Assembly (NCBI RefSeq): GCF_006345805.1
Contig: NC_043002.1
Span: 39,370,001 to 39,434,000 of the forward strand
From: Octopus sinensis
Taxonomy: Eukaryota
Direction: 5' to 3'
Length of the DNA stretch: 64,000 nucleotides
Part shown: positions 26,026-37,933 of the stretch, piece by piece
Layout: each line of letters opens with the position of its first letter
Numbering within the stretch: position 1 is the first letter of the stretch
Made by a program: the position numbers and the translations under genes
The notes under the pieces: generated by a model
Told to the model about the DNA's origin: nothing
Seen by the model: the letters and a program-made list of their open reading frames with translations, nothing else
Databases searched by the model: none

Positions 26026-29000
26026 ACACACATGTGTGTGCACACCTTTATCTCCATGTGCATATGCACATAAGCACATGCACACGCATGTGCACAAACA
26101 AGTGTGTACATGTACATACATACACACACATGACTTCGCATATATATGGGCATGCATGCATGTACGTGTACACCCACGTGCACGTGTACACATGTATGCC
26201 CATGCACACACTTCTGTGCACATGTATATGGTGAGCAAATGCATATGCACACATGCACACACATACATATTCATATGGTCATGCACAATGGGTGATGTAC
26301 AAAGGGTGAGAGTATGCAGGTGGACAAGCATGGAGAAGTGTTGGGGATTGGTGATTTGTGGTGCTGTTTATGGGGGTTAATTTGTGACGGTGACCTTGGT
26401 GCAAGCAGTGCTAGGGGTGGCTGGTACTAAGGAGGGTTGTTGGCTGTAAGTGGCTTGAAATTTATTGATTGAAGTTGAAGCAAATTCTTTTACAGTAGAC
26501 ACAGGTATGTCTGTATAGTTAAGAAGCTTCCTTTGCAACCACATAGTTTGTGACCTTATACTTCCAGCAAGACTGCCCTCACCCCCCAGCTCCAAACCTA
26601 GAAATACATAAATTTTATCTTATTTGTTCTTCAGCCAACAAAAGCAATGTTGTATGATTTATTGTTGTTCTTTAGCCCCAGGTCAGACTTGTTAAAGTAG
26701 ACCTATGATCTCAGGAATCCCAGTAATGATCAGGAGAGTATATGATTCTTTACACATGCACCTTTATTATATACAATAAAGAAAAGAAGCTAACGAGGGA
26801 AACTCTATGTGCTCACTTGAGCTTCTGAATATTGCAGCAAAATCATTCTCAAATTCATACCATCCTATCTTAAAAAATCAAACTAGACCAGTTCTGGTTA
26901 ATAAATTTCTTTTTACATTTAGTTTTTTATTTTTTTTTTTTTTATTTTGCTACTTATACAAGGTTTTGTTTCTAAAACATGGTTGTAAAATGAATTGTTT
27001 TTCTTAAGTATCAAATCACCTTGAGCTAATTTTAATTGTTATGAGAGGATTAATTGGTTTTAATTGATTTATAGACGTTTGTGCTCAGGTCAGCTTTGAT
27101 TAAAACAAAATATTGACAGCTTGAACCAATCGTAGGTCTGTTCAAGTTGAGACTAATTTATTATTTCAGACATTCTTTATCTCAAACTTTATTATCCAGT
27201 AAGTCCTACTTTTTTTTTCAAGACAATAGCGTGTGATTTACAAAAGACTTTGATGTATTCAAAGTGGTCAAAGCAACCATATAGAAGTTTGTCAGCTATT
27301 TTTTTTTTTGTACTAGAAAAAAAATTAGTTAATCTCGTCAAGAATATAATTTTCTTTGTTTTTGGGATTCAAGTTGAAGCAGATTCATATACAGTAGACA
27401 CAGGCATGTCTGTATGGTTAAGAAGCTTCCTTTGCAACCACATGATTTCAGGTTCAGTCCCCCTGTGTGGCATCTTGTGCAAGTGTCTTCTACTATATCT
27501 ACTATAGCCCTTGGCCAACCAATGCCTTATGGGTGAAGTAAATAGACAGAAGCTGCGTGGAAGCCGGTCATGTATATACATATATATACATACATGCACA
27601 CACACACACACATATGCACACACGTGCACTCACACACACACATGGATCAAATTATTCAGCAGTAATAAATTTACCATACTAGTAACTACACCAATAAGAA
27701 AGTAGTGAAAATGAGGATTCTATTGGTTTCATTCATCAGACTAGCCATAATTGGGCATCACTTTTTAGGACATAGCTAATTACATCAATCCCAACACTTA
27801 TTTTATCAACCTCGGAAATGTAAAAAACAAAGTGGGTCTGGGTGGAATTTGAACTCAAAACATAGAGGGAAGTAACCAAATATCTTATGCATCTAACATT
27901 CTACTGATTCCGCTATGCAGCAACTATAGATGTAAGTTCACAGCCATAGTGAAGACATACTGGATACTTTAAATAAGTCTAACAGTGTATGAGGTGCAGT
28001 GTTAATTACATGAAGGAGAAAGGAGATGTAAACTTCACAAACTGCAGTATATTCACAGTATGTGGAGGCGCAATGGCCCAGTGGTTAGGGCAGCGGACTC
28101 GTGGTCATAGGATCACTGTTTCGATTCCCAGATCAGGTATTGTGAGTATTTATTGAGCGAAAACACCTAAAGCTCCATGAGGCTTTGGCAGGAGGTGGTG
28201 GTGAACCCTGCTGTACTTTTTCACCACAACTTTCTCTCACTCTTTCTTCCTGTTTCTGTTGTACCTGTATTTCAAAGAGCCAGCCTTGTCACACTCTGTG
28301 TCACGCTGAATCTCCCTGAGAACTACGTTAAGGGTACACATGTCTGTGGAGTGTTCAGCCACTTGCATGTTAATAAATGAGCTGCGACGTCACTGGTGCC
28401 AAGCTGTTTCCCTTGGATAACATCAGTGACATGGAGAGGGGAGCTGGTATGCGTAGGCGACTGCTGGTTTTCCATAAACAACCTCACACAGACTTGTGCC
28501 TCGGAGGGTAACTTTCTAGGTGCAATCCCATGTTCATTCATGACCGAAGGGGGTCACAACAACAATTCACAGTATATTCACAAGCTGCAGTATATTTAAT
28601 CTATCTAGAAAAGCAAAATCCCAGAATAAAAACTAACGGAGATGTTTTGGTCTTGACAAACTCTTTACTGTTAGTGACATGAGAAATTGAATGAAGTCTA
28701 TGCCGTAAAGTGGATGATGATAGAAAGGGTATCTGACCATAAAAGCCAAAAATGCATGAGGTACAACAGAACAAGCATTGATGATTTTCTGTTATTTTGT
28801 GTATCAGATGTTGAAGGGCCTCAACAAAATAACAAAAAGCTGGGCTAGAACAAATCCATGCTCACATAGAAAAATGAATGTAAAATGATGATGATGATGA
28901 TGATAATGGCTGGTGTATTTTAGGCATATTCAGAATTTCCATCCGCTAAATTTCACTTACATATGATGGGCTTTAGATGATTCTTGACTCTGCTAGAAGA

Positions 29001-29222
29001 CACTTGCCATGCAGAAAGAACCAAACCTGGAATCGCATTATTGTAATATTAAATTCTTAACCAGGAGTGGCGGTGTGGTAAGTAGCTTGCTAACCAACCA
29101 CATGGTTCCGGGTTCAGTCCCACTGTGTGGCATCTTGGGCAAGTGTCTTCTGCTATAGCTCCGGGCCGACCAATGCCTTGTGAGTGGATTTGGTAGACGG
29201 AAACTGAAAGAAGCCTATCGTA

Positions 29223-29265
<43 letters not shown>

Positions 29266-29673
29266 TTGTGCGTCTGTGTTTATCCTCCTAGCATGTTTGA
29301 CAACCAATGCTGGTGTGTTTACGTCCCCATCACTTAGCGGTTCGGCAAAAGAGACCGATAGAATAAGTACTGGGCTTACAAAGAATAAGTCCCGGGGTCG
29401 ATTTGCTCGACTAAAGGTGGTGCTCCAGCATGGCTGCAGTCAAATGACTGAAACAAGTAAAAGAGTTAGCCATGCTTTTACCCCTGTGGTTATAAGAAAG
29501 CAATTACAAATTGTTACTTCATAGAGTTTTAACAAAATTTAAAAATTTTCTGTGTTGATCCACTTTATAATTAGGATCTAATTAATAATGATTGATCCAA
29601 TTAACTTACAGTCAGCCCTAATTACCTTTGTATGATTAAATCAGTAATTTAAAATTTCAATTTCATTTTTTAG

Positions 29674-29792
29674 AACTTATGCTCGTCCACATGAAGTCTT
29701 AAGATATGAAGATATTCCCAAGAGTTGGGATTGGCGTAACATGAATGGTATCAATTATGCAAGCACAAACCGTAACCAACATATTCCACAAT
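29674..29792 (+). CDS. CTSZ: cathepsin Z/X exon 2
   Basis: ttttttag acceptor. Encodes (R)[39 protein letters not shown], with the DWR motif and the cathepsin Z-specific QHIPQ mini-loop. gtaagt donor. Confidence 0.96.
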
Positions 29793-30526
29793 GTAAGTTG
29801 TATTATTTTAAGATTCTTTTCAAACAATAACAATGAAATATTCTTGCATTTACCTGTACATAGACTATCTCTACTTACCTTGTATTTACTTTTACAAACA
29901 AGGATTGTTTTTACCTATACAATGACTAATATAATTTACTCATATATAGACTAACATAATTTACTTGCACCTACACTAACTGTATTTATCTCTATATAGT
30001 CTTTACCTGTTAATAGACTGTGTATTTACATATGTATGGACTAATTCTGGACTTTCTCTAGTTACCTGTACATTGACTAACTATATGTATGGACTAGTTT
30101 GTATTTACTTCTGCATAGATAGTCTGTACTTGACAACTCATATTTACCTGTACATATTCTCTGTATATACCTCTATATGACCTGTCTGTATTTACCTCTA
30201 CTGGTTCTTATGTTTACCTCTACGTGGACTACTCAAAGGGACTTGTGTGTACATGTACATAGAGTCTATGTATCTACTATATGTACAGGCATCTCTCAGC
30301 CATGCTATTATCTTAACTGTTTAAATAACAAAAAGCAGCTGTGGAATATACATTATTTTTCTTCACTTTCATTTAATCAATATTCTTGTCATATTACAAC
30401 TAGACTATTATTTAGTTAAAAATACTTTTAAAATTTCATTGTAGCTCTATTTCAATATTTAACAATTTTTCAAAAAGTATAGTCATAATAATAATAATAA
30501 TGATAATAATAATAATAATAATAATA

Positions 30527-31080
30527 AATGCCCTGATGCTGTACCAGGCAGTGGCTCTTGTGGCTTCTGATCTTAACTGATTAGAAGTGTTATCATGTAC
30601 ATTGTTTTGTCTTGGTATAAAAGATGGGCTACTGCAAATATTCTGCTCAATACCACATATTTGCTTGTCAGTTGTTTGACTTTAAACAGTTGAGTATGCC
30701 CCTTAGTGGTTGACGATATGTGCATCTCTGACCATGAGCAGAAGTAGTGGGGGAGCATCATAGCCATGTGTTGAGAGGGATTCTTTGGGGTTTGAATAAT
30801 TCACCTCTGGAAACATGGGTGTTTCGTTCAACATCCTGAAACAATCCTTATTCAGGGACCTTTTGAGCGGGATGGGTTACTTGACCAGAAGAAAATTCTA
30901 ACTGGGCTCCATCTGCAAGGCCATGTGCTGTTTATCTTGATATGAGATTACCATGTTGCACACACATGGTTGTGATGCATGTGGCTAGTGTACGCTTATC
31001 AGACTGGTAGTGATGATGGGTACACTGGGCTTCGTATATTTTACCCCAGTGTCACTTGATGGCATGCACTGCTCTCTCAA
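30527..31080. repeat. unclassified interspersed repeat embedded in (TAA)n
   Basis: A near-identical partial copy lies at 23495-23765; both are adjacent to (TAA)n arrays. Confidence 0.7.
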
Positions 31081-31214
31081 TAATAATAGTAATGATAATA
31101 ATGATAATGATAATAATGATAATGATAATGATGGTGATGACAATAATAATGATGATGATAATAATTGTTTCAAATTTGTGTACAAGGCCAGAAATTTTGT
31201 GGAAGGGACTAAGT

Positions 31215-31522
31215 CAGTGGTTCCCAAAGTGGGTGGTATTGCCCCCCCCCTCTCTGTGGGTGGCAGAAAGATCAAAAGGGGTATTGAAGAAAAATGGGGT
31301 AATAATAGGGTGGCCAAAAGGGGGTGGTGGATGTACCCCCACCCCACCACCACTGAAAAAATAATGGGTTAATTAGGTTAAGTTTTATATGTGAAATACA
31401 GTTGTTTTGAATTTGCTGCAGAAAGTGGTTTGTGTTTGTGGTGCTGGTGATAGGGAGGGGGCGCTAGGAATGTGGCTCTAGTGCCAAAGGGGGAGCAGCT
31501 TGAAAAAGTTTGGGAACCACTG
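31215..31522. mobile_element. hAT (Charlie-like) MITE inserted in a SINE
   Basis: TIRs cagtggttcccaaa / tttgggaaccactg; 8-bp TSD gactaagt/ggctaagt. Confidence 0.85.
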
Positions 31523-31731
31523 GGCTAAGTTAATTACATTTACCCCAGGGTTCACCCGGTACTTATTTCATTAATCCTAAAAGGATAAAAGGCAAAGTTG
31601 ACAATAGCAGCATTTGAACTCAGAATATAAAGACAGATGAATTGCTACTTAGTATTTTGCCCTGTATGCTAACAATTATGTCAGCTAGCTCACCTTTATA
31701 ATAATAACAACACCAACAATAATAATAATAG

Positions 31732-32165
31732 TATGACGGAAGAAAATACTTGTACACTAATAGATGTAAGTGTTCCCACTTATAAAAATATATCAGTCAG
31801 GGAATTAAATATAAGGACCTGGAAATTGAAATACAAAAGATGTGGCATCTTAAAACAAGAACTATTCCTGTTATTGTAGGTGCCCTAGGTATGATAAAAG
31901 AGGGATGTCAGAAATATCTGGATATGATCCCAGGAGAACCATGTCTTAGAGAAATCCAAAGGATTGTGCTGACAAGTACTGCTCACATCCTTGGAAAAAC
32001 ACTATCCATTTGAATGTCTGTGTTGTATTATATGAAGATATTTCACTACCTTCCCTCCCCAAGCTTTCAGTCATACTGTAACATCTCTAATCTGTCACTC
32101 CCCCTAGGACACTGGGTGTCTTGGCAAGTGACTGTAACAAAGATGCAGATTAAAAGTAAAAAAAA
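31732..32165 (+). mobile_element. R4/Dong-like LINE extreme 3' end
   Basis: CTLIDVSVP...KYKDLEIEIQKMWHLKTRTIPVIVGALGMI...IVLTSTAHIL; embedded in (TAA)n. Confidence 0.75.
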
Positions 32166-33077
32166 AATAATAATAATAACAATAATAGGCACAGGAGTGG
32201 CTGTGTGGTAAGTAGCTTGTTTACCAACCACATAGTTCCGGGTTCAGTCCCACTGCGTGGCACCTTGGGCAAGTGTCTTCTGCTCTAGCCTCGGGCCGAC
32301 CAAAGCCTTGTGAGTGGATTTGGTAGACGGAAACTGAAAGAAGCCCGTCGTATATATGTATATATATATATGCATGTGTGTGTTTGTGTGTCTGTGTTTG
32401 TCTCCCTAGCATTGTTTAACAACCAATGCTGGTGTGTTTATGTCCCCGTTACTTAGCGGTTCGGCAAAAGAGACCGATAGAATAAGTACTGGGCTTACAA
32501 AGAATAAGTCCCAGGGTTGAGTTGCTCAACTAAAGGCGGTGCTCCAGCATGGCCACAGTCAAATGACTGAAACAAGTAAAAGAGTAAAGAGAGAGTAATA
32601 ATAACAATAATAATAACCCTTCTTTCTACTTTATAGGCACAAGGCCTGAAATTTGGGGAAGGGGGAGGGGGATTACATCAAGCCCAGAATTTAACTGGTA
32701 CTTAATTTATTGATCCTGAAAGGATGAAAGGCAAAGTAAACCTCAGTGGAATTTGAACTCAGAACATAGCGATGGGTGAAATACTGCTAAGCATTTCGTC
32801 TAGCATGCTAATGATTCTGCCAGCTCACCACCTTAATAATTGTGATTTCAAATTTTGGCACAAGGCCAGCAATGTGGGTGGGGAGGGGAGATGTTAAGTC
32901 AATTGATAATAATAATAGTAGTTTCAAATTTTGGTACTCATTTTATCAACCCGGAGAGGATGAAGGGCAAAGTTGACCTCGTTGGAATTTGAACTCAAAG
33001 CATAATAAGGGATGAAATGCCACTAAGTATTTTGCCCGGCATGCTAACAATTCTGCCAGCTCACTGCTTTATACTAT

Positions 33078-33158
<81 letters not shown>

Positions 33159-34063
33159 TAACAACAGCAACAACAACAATAATCCTTTTCTACTCTAGGC
33201 ACAAGGCTCCAAATTTTTAGGGATAGGGCCAGTCGATTAGATTGACCCCAGTATGCTGGTGTGAAGGCGCATGGCTCAGTGGTTAGAGTGTCAAGCTTAC
33301 GATTATGAGGTTGTGAGTTTGATTCCCGGACCAGGTTGCGTGTTGTGTTCTTGAGCAAGGCACTTTATTTCACATTGCTCCTGTTAACTCAGCTGTAGAA
33401 ATGAGTTGCGACATTACTGGTGTCAAGCTGTGTCAGCCTTTGCCTTTCCCTTGGATAACACTGGTGGCATGGAGAGGGGAGGCTGGTATGCATGGGCAAC
33501 TGCTAGCCTTCCATAATCAACCTTGCCCGGACTTGTGCCTCGGAGGGTAACTTTCTAGGTGCAATCCCATGGTCATTCATGACCGAAGGGGGTCCTTAAA
33601 AAGTATGCAACCGGTACTTAATTTATTGACCCCGAAAGGATGAAAGGCATAGTCGATCTTGGCGGAATTTGAACTCAGAACGTAAAGACAGACGAAATAC
33701 CGCTAAGCATTTTGCCCGGCGTGCTAATGTTTCTGCCAGCTTGCCACCTTACTACTACTATAACTACTACTACTACTACTACTACTACTAATAATAATAA
33801 TAATAGTAGTAGTAGTAGTAGCAGTAGTAGTAGTAGTAGTAGTAGTAATGATAATAATAATAATAATAATAATAATAATCCTTTCTTCTAAAGGCACAAA
33901 GCCTGAAATTTTGGGGGAGGGGACAAGTTGATTACATCAACTCCAGAATTTCAATAGCGGAATTTGAACTCAGAATGTAAAGATAGAAGAAATGCCATTA
34001 AGCATTTTGCCTGGCACAGTAGCGATTCTGCCAGCTTGCCACCTTTAATAATGATAATAATAA

Positions 34064-36118
34064 GTTGGGAAACTAATGTCATCTGATGGTGTAGAACTGG
34101 CCAACAGTGCAAGATTTAAGGATGTTGAGGTGGATGGATACAAATGGTTCTTTTGGAGTACAACAAAATCAAGTAGAGTGAGATGAAGGAGGGCTTTAGG
34201 TGAGAAAACCTCAGGAGAACCAAGTTAATTATGAGGAGTAGACTCAGAAGAATGAACAAGATCAGGGCAGTGAATACATGGGTTGTCTCTTTAATGTGAT
34301 ATGGCATAAATATTGTTAGATGAACAAAGAACGAGCTTGAGGAAATGGATAGAAAGACAAGGAAAGTGATGACAATGAACAAGGAACTACATACCAAAAG
34401 TGATGTCGATAGATTGTATGTATCTAGAACAGGCCTGGCCAACTCAAATTACATTGCAGGCCACTTTAATCACAGAAAGGGTTTTTGAGGGCTGCTTGTA
34501 TACTGACAGAATTGAAAGCATTTTGGTTTCTCATGCTATTATTATAATAATGAATGAATAAGCGTTGATTCGCCATGAAATATTATCGTGGTACAGATAG
34601 TAGTATCTTTCTTTTTTACTTTTCAGTACAATCTTTAATTTTTGATAAAATTTTTTAAAATGTATGTTTAAATAAACCCATTTCAAGAAAGTATCAAGCA
34701 GACCAGCCCTGGTCTAGAAACAATGAAGGAAAAGGGATGATAGGACACAAGAGTTTGTTGTCAGTGAAGGGGACAATCTGGGATGGTATGTCAAACAGCA
34801 GATTGAACCTTTGGTTGTTGCTGTTAGAAATAGTAACACGATACATAGTGAAAATGTGACACACCCAAAAGAATTTAGGAAACAGGATGGAGAGCAAAGA
34901 TTGGATGAGTGGAAAGTAAAAGCATTGCATGGGCAATACCCTAGAGAAATGGAAGGGAAATATAAGACCAATGCCTTGAGGTGACGAAGAAAAAGTGATC
35001 TAAAATGATGCAGTGAGGTACTGATATGCAATATTCAGGAACTAAATTACATCTAGTTCTAAATAGATAAGAGTAGTGAATTGCCCCTTTGTAGGATGTG
35101 TAGTGTCAAAAATGAAACTATCTCTCTTATTGTGAGTGAGTGTAGCAAACTGGCTCAAAAGGAATACAAAAGGAGGCATGATAATGTAGTTGAGTATATT
35201 CATTGGAAATTGTGTGAGAAGTACAATCTTGAAGAGACATTGAAATGGTATGAGTTTGACCCAGAAGGTGTCACCAAGAATAATGAGTATAAGATCTTGT
35301 GGGATTTTGCAAAACTGAGTGATTCAGAGACCAGATATTGTTGTGGTTGGTAATATGATGAAGGAAACCAAGATCATAGATATTGCCATACCTGGGGATG
35401 TATGAGTGGACAATAAAGAATTTGAAAGATTGAGAAATACAAACCACTTCATAATGCGATTGCACAAATGTGGACAATCATCATCATCGTTTAACGTCCA
35501 CTTTCCATGCTGGTATGGGTTGGACGGTTTGACTGAGGACTGGTGAGCAAGAGGCTGCACCAGGCTCAATCTGATCTGGCAAAGTTTCTACAGCTGGATG
35601 TCATTCCTAATGCCAACCACTCTGAGAGTGTAGTGGGTGCTTTTACATGCCACCAGCACGAGGGCCAGTCAGGTGGTTCTGGCAATGACTACGCTCAAAG
35701 GTGTTTTTACGTGCTACCTGCACAGGAGCCAGTCAGGCGGCACTGGCAATGACCATGCTTGAATGCTGTTTTTCACGTGCCACCAGCACATGTGCTGGTA
35801 AGGCGACACTAGCAACTATCACACTGGAATGATGCTTTTCATGCATCACCAGCATGGGAGCCAACCCATGGCCCTGGCAACAATGAAAACACTAACTGTT
35901 GTCTCAATAGTTGTAGGACCATTAGGAGCATTCACAACCAGGTTTGAAAAATTTATTTGAGAAATTGGGATTGACATGAGGGTAGAATATGCTCAGAAAA
36001 ACTGCTTTATTGGGGACAGTGAGGATTTTGGAACTGGTACTTGGATGTTAAGTATCATGGAAAGAGACCATGCAAGGCTCTTGCAACAAGTTGTTGTCTG
36101 CTCTTATGGAAGTGAAAT
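34064..36118 (+). mobile_element. R4/Dong-like non-LTR retrotransposon 3' part (restriction-like endonuclease), decayed
   Basis: Remnants: LHTKSDVDRLYVSR; LHGQYPRE; CRMCSVKNETISLIVSECSKLAQKEYKRRHDNV (CCHC + RHD); ILWDF; RPDIVV..IIDIAIPGD. Both flanks are (TAA)n. Interrupted by a hAT MITE and an RTE-tail repeat. Confidence 0.8.
34430..34711. mobile_element. hAT-Charlie-type MITE inserted in an R4/Dong-like LINE
   Basis: Termini caggcctggcc / gaccagccctg; 8-bp TSD atctagaa/gtctagaa, matching the NTCTAGAN target typical of Charlie hATs. Confidence 0.78.
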
Positions 36119-36348
36119 ATAATAATAATACTCTTTACTCTCTTTTACTCTTTTACTTGTTTCAGTCATTTGACTGCAGCCATGCTGGAGCACTGCCTTT
36201 AGTCGAGCAAATCGACCCCAGGACTTATTCTTTGTAAGCCTAGTACTTATTCTATCAGTCTCTTTTGCCAAACTTCTAAGTTACAGAGATGTAAACACAC
36301 CAGCATCGGTTGTCAAGTGATGTTGGGGGGACAAACACAGACACACAA

Positions 36349-36391
<43 letters not shown>

Positions 36392-37702
36392 CATATATAT
36401 GTATATATAAATATATATGACGGGCTTCTTTCAGCTTCCGTCCACCAAATTCACTCACAAGGCTTTGGTCGGCCCTAGGCTATAGTAGAAGACACTTGCC
36501 CAAGGTGCCACGCAGAGGGATTGAACCCAGAGCCATGTGGCTGGTAAGCTACTTACCACACAGCCACAATAATAATCCTTTTATACTATAGGTACAAGAC
36601 CCGAAATTTTGGGGGAGCCGTCTAATCAGTTACGTTGACCCCCCAGTCCTCCATTGGTACTTATTTTATTAAGTTCAAAAGGATGAAAGGCAAAGTTGAC
36701 CTCAGCAGACTTCATGATAAATATATAATAATTAGCATATTTTAGAGATTGAATTATTTGAAGGAATTACTCTGACTAATATTAATTAACGAGTAATGCT
36801 GTCCTTTTTTCATCACATGATTCCTTCTAAATAATGATTGTGAAGTGTGTCAATCTGTTGTGTAACTTCTGATTCAGCAACTTCATCGTTCCTTTTCCTC
36901 CTCCTCCTCCTCTCTCTCCCCTCTTCCACATCACTCTTTCTCTCTCTTCCTCCTCTCTCTCTCCCTCCTCCTCCTTTCATAATGAATGAAAAAATAAGAA
37001 TTGTCATACATTTAGCTAGCTAGCAAATAATTTCTCTGTTTAGTTATTGACCTGTATTCATCTGTCTATCTATCAGTTTTCTTTACCTGCTTTCACTCCT
37101 TTCTTTTTTCTTTCTTTTTTCCATCTGTTTTCTCTCTTTTTCTTTTTCTCTATCTATTTGTTTTTCTCTCTTCTCTTCCTTCTTTCTCTCTCTTTTTTTT
37201 CCTCTTCCACTCTCTCAGTCATTTTCTCACACTTTCTCTTTTTCTATCTCTCTTTCTCCCTTCATTCTTTCTTCCCTTTTTCTTTCCTTCCTTTTCCTAC
37301 TTTCTTTCTTTCGTTCGTTCTGTCTTTCTTTCTCTCTTCCCTTCATACTAATAAGCCAAACTTCTAGATGCTATCTGTACACCCCTGTTCCTTCCTTTCC
37401 TCCATTTCAGAAAGATAGTTGAATGATTAACTTCTCACAACCATTTTCAGGACATCTACCCATGTAGGTGCAGACATGACTACAGTTGTAGGCATGGCTG
37501 TGTGATAAGAAGCTTGCTTCCTGACCACATTATTCCAGATTTAGTCCTACTGTGTGCACCTTGAACAAATGCCTTCAACTACAGCTTCAGGTTAACCAAA
37601 GCCTTTGTGAGTGAATTTGGTTGACAGAAACTGATATATGTGTATTTGTCCTCCACCACCATTTGATAACTGGTATTGCAATGGCACAGAACGCTGTATT
37701 AT

Positions 37703-37933
37703 AAGGCGGCGAGCTGGCAGAAATGTTAGCAGGCCGGGTGAAATGCTTAGCGGTATTTCATCTGCCGCTACGTTCTGAGTTCAAATTCTGCTGAAACTTT
37801 GCCTTTCATCCTTTCAGGGTCGATAAATTAAGTACCAGTTATGCACTGGGGTCGATATAATCGACTTAATCCATTTGTCTATCCTTGTTTGTCCTCTCTG
37901 CGTTTAGCCCCTTGTGGGTAGTAAAGAAATAGG
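37703..37933 (+). mobile_element. tRNA-derived SINE family B with Nin/Deu-like core (representative copy)
   Basis: aaggcggcgagctggcagaa head, gagttcaaattc B-box and gcctttcatcctttc..ggtcgataaattaagtacc core. Copies at ~2428, 7207, 19070(-), 23038(-), 23278(-), 32620(-), 33183(-), 51750(-), 58635(-) and 58870. Confidence 0.85.

Noticed and set aside
37047-37367. Phe/Leu/Ser-rich 'membrane protein' ORF
   Set aside because: A polypyrimidine low-complexity tract.
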